This document shows positions 17,723 to 25,254 of a DNA stretch of 32,000 nt, piece by piece. The notes beneath the pieces were generated by a model, which saw nothing but the letters and a program-made list of their open reading frames with translations, was not told where the DNA came from and did not search any database. Where the stretch lies: positions 60,001-92,000 of the forward strand of contig JAFGBS010000004.1 of assembly GCA_016933055.1 (NCBI GenBank), written 5' to 3'. A program made the position numbers and the translations under genes. Position 1 is the first letter of the stretch. Each line of letters starts with the position of its first letter. Source of the stretch: Promethearchaeota archaeon. Lineage in GTDB: Archaea; Asgardarchaeota; Lokiarchaeia; Sigyniarchaeales; Promethearchaeaceae.

Positions 17723-19015
17723 TTCTCCTAACAGAAATTGTGAGTTCGCATTCTTGACGGTCACATATACAAAATCATTTATTTTCCCATTTGGAATGGC
17801 AATAGTTTTATAATATTCTGTTCTTCCAGAATACGGATATGGTTTATTGGGGAGATATCCTCGTATCAATATTTTACCTTGCCAGTCTTTCCAAGTTATA
17901 TTTTTCAGTTCTATATAATCTAAATATAGGCTTGTAAGCAGTTGAGTTCTTTGTTTAATGATTTGCGAATCCAATTGCTTCATTTCTTTTGCTTTTGTAT
18001 TAGGTCTAGCTGTAAATTTTGATATGTTTAACACATCAGGTTGAAAATTTTTCACAAATTCATAGGTTTCTTGAAAATCCTCATCGGTTTCCTCAGGAAA
18101 TCCGCAGATTATGTCTGTACTGATGGTAATACCTAATTCTTGTAATGTATCAAATAACGAGTTAATAGTTCTATGACTGTAGCCTCTCTTCATTAGTCGT
18201 AATATTCTAGAGGATGCACTTTGAATTGGAATATGTAGAAATTTATAAAAGATAGAAGAGTTTTTTATTATTTTTGCAAGGTCAAGGATTTTGGAGGAAT
18301 GAAAAGGATCAATCATACCGATTCTTATAAATAGTTCAGATTCGTTAAATTTTTCCTCAATCTTTTGAATTAAATCTACAATCGTATAAGAATCCCATTG
18401 ATAAAGTCCGCAGTCTTGTGCAGTTAGAAAAATTTCTTTAGCCCCTTCGGAAATATAGAACTTGATGAGAGATAAAATGCTATCTAACGGGTAACTGATG
18501 GGCTTTCCTCTACTAATACGAGTACAACAATAGGTACACAATTTATCGCATCCTTCTGAAATTTGTACTATTCCTGCATCCGAGGGATACAAACTCCAAG
18601 GAAACCATTCAGATTTCTTTAGGGATTTTTCTGAACGTAGGATTTTAAATTCAGAAGAATTTTGAAGAGATGGTAAAAGATTTAAGAGATCCGTATACGA
18701 ATGACAATCGAAAATGACTTGAACTTGTTGATTTATCATTTGGATTTGAGTGAGTAGATCGTCTGATATAAAAGGCAAACATCCAGTCACGAGTATTTTT
18801 TGACCACTTTTTAGAGATAGTGTTCTAATTCTGTGTAAAATTTTTGCTTCGGTTTGTGATTTAACCCCACAAGTGTTGATGATTATAAATTCTGCATGGT
18901 GAATCGAGGAGGGTAAGAAATCACCATTTAGTAGAATTTGGTTTAGTTTTGCACTATCCGCGTGATTAAAAGTGCATCCATAGGTTTCTATGTAATATGT
19001 TCTGGGGTAAATCAT
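17693..19015 (-). CDS. mtaB: tRNA t6A37 methylthiotransferase (archaeal MtaB/CDKAL1-type radical SAM, UPF0004 + TRAM)
   Basis: ETYGCTFN…DS, NTCGVK, ISEGCDKLCTYC (CxxxCxxC), LTAQD, FLHIPIQSAS, TDIICGFPEETDEDF, C-terminal TRAM. Confidence 0.9.
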   Translation of the reverse strand: MIYPRTYYIETYGCTFNHADSAKLNQILLNGDFLPSSIHHAEFIIINTCGVKSQTEAKILHRIRTLSLKSGQKILVTGCLPFISDDLLTQIQMINQQVQVIFDCHSYTDLLNLLPSLQNSSEFKILRSEKSLKKSEWFPWSLYPSDAGIVQISEGCDKLCTYCCTRISRGKPISYPLDSILSLIKFYISEGAKEIFLTAQDCGLYQWDSYTIVDLIQKIEEKFNESELFIRIGMIDPFHSSKILDLAKIIKNSSIFYKFLHIPIQSASSRILRLMKRGYSHRTINSLFDTLQELGITISTDIICGFPEETDEDFQETYEFVKNFQPDVLNISKFTARPNTKAKEMKQLDSQIIKQRTQLLTSLYLDYIELKNITWKDWQGKILIRGYLPNKPYPYSGRTEYYKTIAIPNGKINDFVYVTVKNANSQFLLGELVDAIPFEH

Positions 19016-19035
19016 CTAAAATCCTGGTTAAAATA

Positions 19036-19110
19036 TGCTTCGAGCGGGATTTGAACCCGCGTCGCAAGGGTGAGAGCCTCACATGCTTGACCGAGCTACA
19101 CTATCGAAGC
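19036..19110 (-). tRNA. tRNA-Glu (anticodon CTC), no intron, CCA not encoded
   Basis: Minus strand GCTTCGA TA GTGTAGCTCGGTCAAGCAT G TGAGG CT-CTC-AC CCTTG CGAC GCGGG TTCAAAT CCCGC TCGAAGC A folds to a full cloverleaf. Confidence 0.95.
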
Positions 19111-19122
19111 TTGGTGTGGGTA

Positions 19123-19536
19123 TTATGTAGAATCCAATTTTAAATTTTCTTTTTCGAGATGATTATAAAATAAGGAGACCATGTTAACTACTTGAGTTAT
19201 TTGATTTTTGAGAACCTCTTCTGATATTTTATCGTACCAAATCTCAGAACTACAAATTAGGTTTAAATCTCTGTCCATAGCGAGTTTACAGCCAATTATT
19301 GAGTTATTAAGTCGTAATAATAATTTTGGATCCAGGTTCAAAAAATCGTTCATAGGACCAATATTGCATAAAATATGTATCCAATCTGGATGCACCTCCC
19401 CCGTTATTATCACATTTATCTTTTTTGCGGAAGAAATTTTCCAGATAGTAGAGAAAAAACCCTGTTGAACATTATATGTTAAGCCAGTTTTTTTTAAAAT
19501 CGATTCGATGGTTTCAGTTTTTTGAGATTTTTCCAT
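19123..19536 (-). CDS. YbjN / type III chaperone-like domain protein
   Basis: …DPKLLLRLNNSIIGCKLAMDRDLNLICSSEI… followed by a C-terminal amphipathic helix, typical of YbjN/CesT fold. Confidence 0.6.
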   Translation of the reverse strand: MEKSQKTETIESILKKTGLTYNVQQGFFSTIWKISSAKKINVIITGEVHPDWIHILCNIGPMNDFLNLDPKLLLRLNNSIIGCKLAMDRDLNLICSSEIWYDKISEEVLKNQITQVVNMVSLFYNHLEKENLKLDST

Positions 19537-19548
19537 TACACCACCTCC

Positions 19549-19935
19549 TTAATGAATATGTAATTGAGTATGTAGTTTGTATATTTTTTCATATAATAAC
19601 AAGGCTTTTTCAATCAAGTTCAGCAATTTCTCTATTTGAAACGTGTCAGATTCTGCCAATAAGAGTGTATTAAATGTATCAATTTTTGAGTATAACGTAT
19701 TTAATATACTCGAGAAATCATGATGATATTTCGATGGGATCGAAATTTCATTTGATGGTGACTTGGATTCTTTTTGGATAACAATTTCACTATTACAAGA
19801 GGGACAGATTATCTTCTTGTTCGGAAGTCTATAAATTAATGTACCGCATTTTGGACAAGTTTTATCTAACATTGTTGCACCTTCTCGAAGGAGTTTGGCC
19901 ATTTTTTTAATTAGCATATCTTCATCTTTTTGCAT
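19549..19935 (-). CDS. UPF0148 / SSSCA1 (autoantigen p27) family Zn-finger protein
   Basis: IKKMAKLLREGATMLDKTCPKCG…KIICPSC signature. Confidence 0.88.
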   Translation of the reverse strand: MQKDEDMLIKKMAKLLREGATMLDKTCPKCGTLIYRLPNKKIICPSCNSEIVIQKESKSPSNEISIPSKYHHDFSSILNTLYSKIDTFNTLLLAESDTFQIEKLLNLIEKALLLYEKIYKLHTQLHIH

Positions 19936-19987
19936 AAGATCACGAATACAACATTCACTATAAAATTTATATCGTGAGAATCAAAAA

Positions 19988-20827
19988 ATGGATCAGATGC
20001 AACCTTTGAGAATGAGTAGTAAGATCACCATTGCTCTACCCGATTCGATTCTAGAAAATGAAGATACTCTTTTACTGAAAACCATGAAGATTGGAAGTCT
20101 TTCACGCACGATAACTATGTTCAGGGTAGCAAAACTCCTTTTTTATCAAGATTCAAGTAATTTCAAGGACAAAAAAATTTTAAACGACTTATTTACGTAT
20201 CTACAGTGTCCTCCCTATCTCCGTAAATATCTTCCATCCATCCCTAATCTGAGATACACGGCAATTTTACCCCCCCTTCATTCCCCTAACCATACCGGTG
20301 TATGTATGAATGATATCACTTTTATAGCTGGGAGGGTCAACGAACAAAACTCTCATGATGGTAAGATTATTGTTGATATTGGGAAGAAAACTCCATTGTA
20401 TTTTCCCCAAGGGAATTTTGTCAATAAAGGACAATTCGTAATTATCAAAAAACAATTCAATGATTACTCGATTGAAAAGGGACTTCCTTTTGATGGATAT
20501 TGGTACACACAACACCAATTACTAGAATTACCCCTAAATCAATTTTTAAAGAAGTTTCATACTCAATTTTATGTAATTGGTGCTTCTAAATCGGGAGAAA
20601 ATATATCTAAAACACATATGAATTTGCTTAAAATGGGGAGAAATTCTGCCTACTTGTTAGCTTTTGGTCCTCTTAAAGGAGTGTTTAGATCTTATGTAAA
20701 AGAAGATAATTTAATAGATAAATGGATTAATTTTGTCCCAAATCAAGCAACGAAAACCGTAAAAATAGAAGAAGCACTTCACTCCGCATTATCAATCATG
20801 AATATGTATTCACTCGATTTCAAATGA
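19988..20827 (+). CDS. SPOUT-class RNA methyltransferase (COG2106 / SPOUT1-like)
   Basis: IALPDSIL, YLQCPPYLRK, ILPPLHSPNH, AFGP, NFVPNQATKTVKIEEA. Confidence 0.88.
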   Translation: MDQMQPLRMSSKITIALPDSILENEDTLLLKTMKIGSLSRTITMFRVAKLLFYQDSSNFKDKKILNDLFTYLQCPPYLRKYLPSIPNLRYTAILPPLHSPNHTGVCMNDITFIAGRVNEQNSHDGKIIVDIGKKTPLYFPQGNFVNKGQFVIIKKQFNDYSIEKGLPFDGYWYTQHQLLELPLNQFLKKFHTQFYVIGASKSGENISKTHMNLLKMGRNSAYLLAFGPLKGVFRSYVKEDNLIDKWINFVPNQATKTVKIEEALHSALSIMNMYSLDFK

Positions 20828-21031
20828 TTCTTGTTCCTCTTGTTCTATCTCTACATTCTTAAGATGAGTTATATACCCAGCAATCCTATTTCGAACAACT
20901 CTTGATTGGATAATCACAAATTCATCGAGTAATTTTTTATTATTCTCAAAATCGTTGGAGAATAAATCTGAGTACTTTTTCATTAATTCATGTGAAATCT
21001 TTTTGATAAACACTGGTCGAACTCTACCCAT
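20810..21031 (-). CDS. rps17e: 30S ribosomal protein S17e
   Basis: MGRVRPVFIKK…FSNDFENNK…VRNRIAGYITH. Confidence 0.97.
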   Translation of the reverse strand: MGRVRPVFIKKISHELMKKYSDLFSNDFENNKKLLDEFVIIQSRVVRNRIAGYITHLKNVEIEQEEQESFEIE

Positions 21032-21124
21032 TAATACACACCAATTTGTGGGGTTTAATTAATGCGATATAATAAATTTTTCCATATATTAGGAGTTTAA
21101 AAAATCTCAGTAAAAATACTATTA

Positions 21125-22024
21125 ATGAAAAATTCAAGGTCACGAAAGATCGGAGTTTTTCTTATCATTTCCATACTTTTTAAGGGAAATTTGAATAATA
21201 GTCCGACATTTGTTACTGCACAACCTGGTTTATTCGGAGCTACCATCACACCGGAAAAATTCACTTACGTGATATATGAGGATATCATTGCAACCTTTAA
21301 TTTTTCTTCCCATATAACGGCTGAGGATTATTTCACATGTGCGTTGGCAGCAGATATCAGTTTTAATTCCATTATCGAGACTGAGCCCATTCAAGGCAAC
21401 TTTTCGATTTCACTTGAGTGCAGGTTTTCCCTCCTTTCTGTAAATTACAGTTATCAAGGGGATCAAAAAATTTTTTATCTCCTATTATATTACTATAATG
21501 ACGTATTTGGGAACGAAATATGCTGTAGTGAACAAATTATTCTCCAAAAAGCCGAGTTAACATGTAAGGGGCCAAGTAATTATACTGAAATCAAGCAAAA
21601 TTCTGATTATTTTTTTAATTTTCATTTTTATGATCCCTCTAACATAAGTTTTGTATTAGTTATGGGTACGGTAACATGCATATTTAAGATGAACAATCAA
21701 TATAGCAATGAAACTAACTTTCATACCAATCAATATGGTGTCATGTCCATATCTGTCCGCGTGAATAATTTCGTAGGATTCTACGACATTGACGTAATTG
21801 TCGACTCTAATAGGTATTTCCGTAGTTTAAAACAATGTTTTCGATTTAATGTGACCGATGTTTTCTCCTTCTCTCCAAAACCTCCTAAACTCAGAATATA
21901 TTTAACGATGAGTGCAGTGAGCCTTGGTCTCAGTGCAGTTTGTGCGTTTTTTATTTATTATTGTATAACTGTATACAAAAAGAAAATAAAAACGCGCTAC
22001 CAAATAAAAAATCTGAAGATATAA
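21125..22024 (+). CDS. Predicted surface glycoprotein (signal peptide, beta-rich ectodomain, C-terminal TM anchor)
   Basis: Basic N-terminus plus hydrophobic stretch; 8 N-x-S/T sequons; C-terminal TM followed by a lysine-rich tail. Confidence 0.7.
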   Translation: MKNSRSRKIGVFLIISILFKGNLNNSPTFVTAQPGLFGATITPEKFTYVIYEDIIATFNFSSHITAEDYFTCALAADISFNSIIETEPIQGNFSISLECRFSLLSVNYSYQGDQKIFYLLLYYYNDVFGNEICCSEQIILQKAELTCKGPSNYTEIKQNSDYFFNFHFYDPSNISFVLVMGTVTCIFKMNNQYSNETNFHTNQYGVMSISVRVNNFVGFYDIDVIVDSNRYFRSLKQCFRFNVTDVFSFSPKPPKLRIYLTMSAVSLGLSAVCAFFIYYCITVYKKKIKTRYQIKNLKI

Positions 22025-22026
22025 AA

Positions 22027-22338
22027 GGGTATATAGAACATATACCCGCCCTTTTGTCCATGTACTCGTTACCAAGAACACGGTTGAACATCAAACTTTT
22101 CGGTTTTGTCGGAACTTGGATTCCTATTTTCACTTACCTTTCTCAAGAGCCATAATTCGTTTCATATCGTGTATCAAACATTCAGTTTTTTCAACATCAT
22201 TCTATTTCGATACACAATTTCGTTTCTAGTATTATTGGATAGTTTTCACTATGACTGTTCCCAAATCGCTCTTTCCAAGTATGAGGGGCGAGGTTCCTCA
22301 TTATTAGATAATAACGTTAGTTCAATGTTCCTATACCC
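22027..22338 (-). ncRNA. rnpB: RNase P RNA
   Basis: Minus strand: P1 GGGUAUAGGAACAU/AUGUUCUAUAUACCC; P2 UUGAAC/GUUCAA; P4 GAGGAACCUCGCCCCU (22283-22299) pairing with ACAAAAGGGCGGG (22045-22057); AGAAACG and UGAAACG flanking a P12 helix; P7 AAGAGC/GCUCUU; P6 ACUUGGA/UCCAAGU; upstream TTTAAAT TATA-like at about 22361-22368. Confidence 0.92.
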
Positions 22339-22376
22339 ATACCTATCCATTCAACTTGAAATTTAAAGTTAATGAT

Positions 22377-22709
22377 CTACTTTAAGGTACTATAAAGAAG
22401 TTTAAGATCGGATATGATTTCTTGTCGCAATCGAATCACATCATCCACATCAATTTCTTCAGTTTGTTTAGCAGGATTTTTAAGTCTTATCACCGTACCA
22501 ATTGCTTCTACTTCTTTCATGTTGATTAAAAACTCTACTCCTACACCCTTTACGACCAGAATAATGTTAAGAGGATAAAATTGTATCTTGATATTCCGTA
22601 CCAAACCAACTTTCCGTGCCATGGAATCCACAACTTCTCTTCCCATTAACTTTCCAGGCATAGTTAATTCGTATAATTCCGTTTCAATAGTGTTTGATTC
22701 TGATGACAT
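22377..22709 (-). CDS. PRC-barrel domain protein
   Basis: LMGREVVDSMARKVGLVRNIKI…INMKEVEAIGTVIRLK pattern, plus C-terminal helix. Confidence 0.8.
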   Translation of the reverse strand: MSSESNTIETELYELTMPGKLMGREVVDSMARKVGLVRNIKIQFYPLNIILVVKGVGVEFLINMKEVEAIGTVIRLKNPAKQTEEIDVDDVIRLRQEIISDLKLLYSTLK

Positions 22710-22838
22710 TTTATCTAGATTGACATTTCTATACTTAAATTATTTTAGCCCCCTTTTCGAATAAAATTGATACAATGCCTCCTCTCTTTCCATTTTAAAT
22801 ATACCGACAAATATTATAATTGACCGGAGATCACAACT

Positions 22839-24035
22839 ATGGTGAATAAAAATTATCTCGAAGAAGAATTTCGAACGAGTAGTCTATTTCTCGATGAATC
22901 TGTTTTTGAATCCGAATACATTCCCAAAGTTATAAAACATCGAGATAACGAGTTAGTTTTTCTTTCAAGACTGTTCCTTCCATTACTAAGTCACCCCCTA
23001 AAATTTTCGAAAAAAATTCTCATCATAGGAAATGTAGGTGTCGGAAAAACTGTCACCATTGGCTATTTTGGGAAAATGATACAACAATCTGCTCAAAAAC
23101 GAAAACTAAATTTGAAATTCGTTCATCTCAATTGTAGACATAATCGGTCTAGTTCCCATATATTGAAAAAAATCGTAAATGAATTAGTGGGTGGTATACC
23201 AAACCGGGGATTGTCAAATCAAGATCTAATTGATATACTAGTCGAGTATCTTCAAGAACACAAATGCCATCTAATTCTTGTATTAGATGAATTAGGCTAT
23301 TTGATGAAAAAAGATTCTAATTTGATTTATACTCTATCTCGATTCAACGAAATGACTTTCTCTGAAGTGTCTCATTTATCTCTTATAGGAATTGTTAAGG
23401 ATTTGCTTACATTGCGAAACTTGGATAATGCTACTGTTAGTACCTTACAAAATGAAGTAATTCGTTTTAAGAAATATACTGAAAAGCAGATAATGGAAAT
23501 TTTACGCGATCGGGCAGAACTTGGTCTGAAACCTGGGGTTGTTGATGATTCTATTCTTTTTATTATTTCTTCGTTATCATCAATTTCAGGAGATATGAGA
23601 AAAGCACTGAATTTATTACGGAATGCGGTACGGTATGCTGAACATAATAAAATTGATTGTATAACGGCCGAAATCATTCAAATTGTTAATGCAGAATTCG
23701 AATCATTTAGTATTAATGAATTAACTAACTTAAATCGTCAAGTGTTATTATTATATAAATCCGTATGTAATTTACTCTCCGCTTCAAAATCTCAGATCAC
23801 TATGAATGAAATTAAGGAAGAGTATTTCGCTGTTTGTAAGCAACATAATAACCAACCACGATCTGACACTCAAATTTGGGGATACCTTCAACAGTTAAAG
23901 CGAGATCATCTACTCAGTATTAATTTTCGAAACAAGAATCAACAGGGGAGAAGATCCTATTATAGCATACCTCGCTTACCAGTAAAAACTATGTTAAAAC
24001 AAGTAGAGATGATCTTAGACCATTCAGAGGATTGA
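22839..24035 (+). CDS. cdc6: Orc1/Cdc6 replication initiator
   Basis: YIPKVIKHRDNE, Walker A GNVGVGKT, Walker B LILVLDELGYL, FKKYTEKQIMEILRDRA, GDMRKALNLL, C-terminal winged helix. Confidence 0.95.
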   Translation: MVNKNYLEEEFRTSSLFLDESVFESEYIPKVIKHRDNELVFLSRLFLPLLSHPLKFSKKILIIGNVGVGKTVTIGYFGKMIQQSAQKRKLNLKFVHLNCRHNRSSSHILKKIVNELVGGIPNRGLSNQDLIDILVEYLQEHKCHLILVLDELGYLMKKDSNLIYTLSRFNEMTFSEVSHLSLIGIVKDLLTLRNLDNATVSTLQNEVIRFKKYTEKQIMEILRDRAELGLKPGVVDDSILFIISSLSSISGDMRKALNLLRNAVRYAEHNKIDCITAEIIQIVNAEFESFSINELTNLNRQVLLLYKSVCNLLSASKSQITMNEIKEEYFAVCKQHNNQPRSDTQIWGYLQQLKRDHLLSINFRNKNQQGRRSYYSIPRLPVKTMLKQVEMILDHSED

Positions 24036-24340
24036 TAATAATAATGTATGAGGAAGGATCGAATGCTGAGATAAAATTAACACTCGAACAAGTATTTTCT
24101 TCGCGGGGCAGGGCGAAAATATTGGAGCTTTTAGCAAAAAAAACCGAATTGAACATATCAGAAATTGTAAAAAGAACCAGCTTGAACCACTCATCTGCTT
24201 CACGACATTTACATTCGTTGAGCAAATTAGGTTTCATTCAAGAAAAAAAATACGGTCGAATCAAAATCTATCGATATTGTAGTGAAAACATAAACGCCCG
24301 TGCACTTAAAAATTTGATAGCCCTGTGGAGTGAAAGTTGA
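24032..24340 (+). CDS. ArsR-like winged-helix DNA-binding protein
   Basis: FSSRGRAKILELL…LNISEIVKRTSLNHSSASRHLHSLSKLGFIQEKKYGRIKIY; overlaps the cdc6 stop. Confidence 0.88.
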   Translation: MIIIMYEEGSNAEIKLTLEQVFSSRGRAKILELLAKKTELNISEIVKRTSLNHSSASRHLHSLSKLGFIQEKKYGRIKIYRYCSENINARALKNLIALWSES

Positions 24341-24969
24341 TTGTGTATTGCTTTATTATGATATCTACACTTATTTTCCTTTTACATCTTTCATTGATTG
24401 ATGTAAGATATAATCGAATCAGTAATTTTGAGCTGATTCCTTTGTTTATGATTAGTATATATTCATTAATTTATCGTATAATATCTCAAGAATATAAACA
24501 AATTATTGTGTTTTTAGTAATTCAGACAATAATAAGCACTTATTTGTACGTTGCAAGATTTATCGGACCCGCAGATTATAAGATAATAATTGCTCTTTCT
24601 TCGATACTGGATCCCACTTCCTCTTATGGCATTACTTCAAATTTAGATGGAGTTCAATTTTATTATTATTTCATTTTGATTTTTTTATTTTTTTGTTCTG
24701 TTAGAATCCTCTTAAATAGAAAAAACGCTCGAAGATCAAAATATCTTCGAAATCCTTCACTAAATATGATGGAGATGTTATTCCTTTATTGTTTTTATCA
24801 ATTATCCAAGCTACAAAATTTACCTTCTGGTACCGTTTTACTATTAGAAATCAATTCCAAATTAATTTCAATACAAAATGCTCAAAAGATAAGTACATGT
24901 TGGGTTCGTCGTATAATACCAATTGTGCCATATATTGCATTAAGTCTAATTTTGACGATTTTTAGTTAA
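24337..24969 (+). CDS. Prepilin peptidase (A24 family aspartic peptidase)
   Basis: SLIDVRY and IGPADYK catalytic Asp motifs within TM segments; C-terminal IPIVPYI; TTG start. Confidence 0.85.
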   Translation: MIVYCFIMISTLIFLLHLSLIDVRYNRISNFELIPLFMISIYSLIYRIISQEYKQIIVFLVIQTIISTYLYVARFIGPADYKIIIALSSILDPTSSYGITSNLDGVQFYYYFILIFLFFCSVRILLNRKNARRSKYLRNPSLNMMEMLFLYCFYQLSKLQNLPSGTVLLLEINSKLISIQNAQKISTCWVRRIIPIVPYIALSLILTIFS

Positions 24970-24974
24970 TATAG

Positions 24975-25172
24975 CTACCCTTGAAATATACTCCAAAAAT
25001 CTGCGAGATTTCCTTGAGTCCATTCCAAAATGGAAGTTATTATTCCCGCGATAATCAAAAAGGCTATAATAGAAAATCCGACAATTAATCCATACTCTAA
25101 TAATGAACCTGCAGCATCTCCGGTGATGATATCTTCTCGATTGAATCGCGTTTTCGTCTTTCGATCTGACAT
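24975..25172 (-). CDS. Flp/Fap-like major pilin (65 aa)
   Basis: Hydrophilic leader, then DAA^GSLLEYGLIVG (E at +5, Y at +6), a 20-aa hydrophobic helix and a short C-terminus. Confidence 0.8.
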   Translation of the reverse strand: MSDRKTKTRFNREDIITGDAAGSLLEYGLIVGFSIIAFLIIAGIITSILEWTQGNLADFWSIFQG

Positions 25173-25198
25173 TTCACTCTTATATTAAGTAAATTCTA

Positions 25199-25229
25199 TA
25201 AAAACTCCTCAATGTAAAAGGGGTTTTTA
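25199..25229. promoter_or_regulatory. Imperfect 11-bp inverted repeat forming back-to-back TATA-like promoters for pilin and ATPase
   Basis: TAAAAACTCCT (25199-25209) / AGGGGTTTTTA (25219-25229), 10 of 11 match; each arm lies about 25-35 nt upstream of a divergent start codon. Confidence 0.5.
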
Positions 25230-25254
25230 TTATTTCTCATAAAATTAAGGTGAG

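Noticed and set aside
19208-20518. Short ORFs 19208-19468, 19476-19673, 20267-20518
   Set aside because: Antisense shadows of real genes.
21940-22366. ORFs 21940-22155, 21951-22133, 22106-22366
   Set aside because: They overlap the RNase P RNA gene, which explains the sequence.
22710-22838. Replication origin next to cdc6
   Set aside because: Only 129 nt, no repeated ORB (TTCCAxTGGAAA plus G-string) and no extended DUE; TTTCCATTTTAAA is a weak single match. Origin activity cannot be excluded without marker-frequency data.
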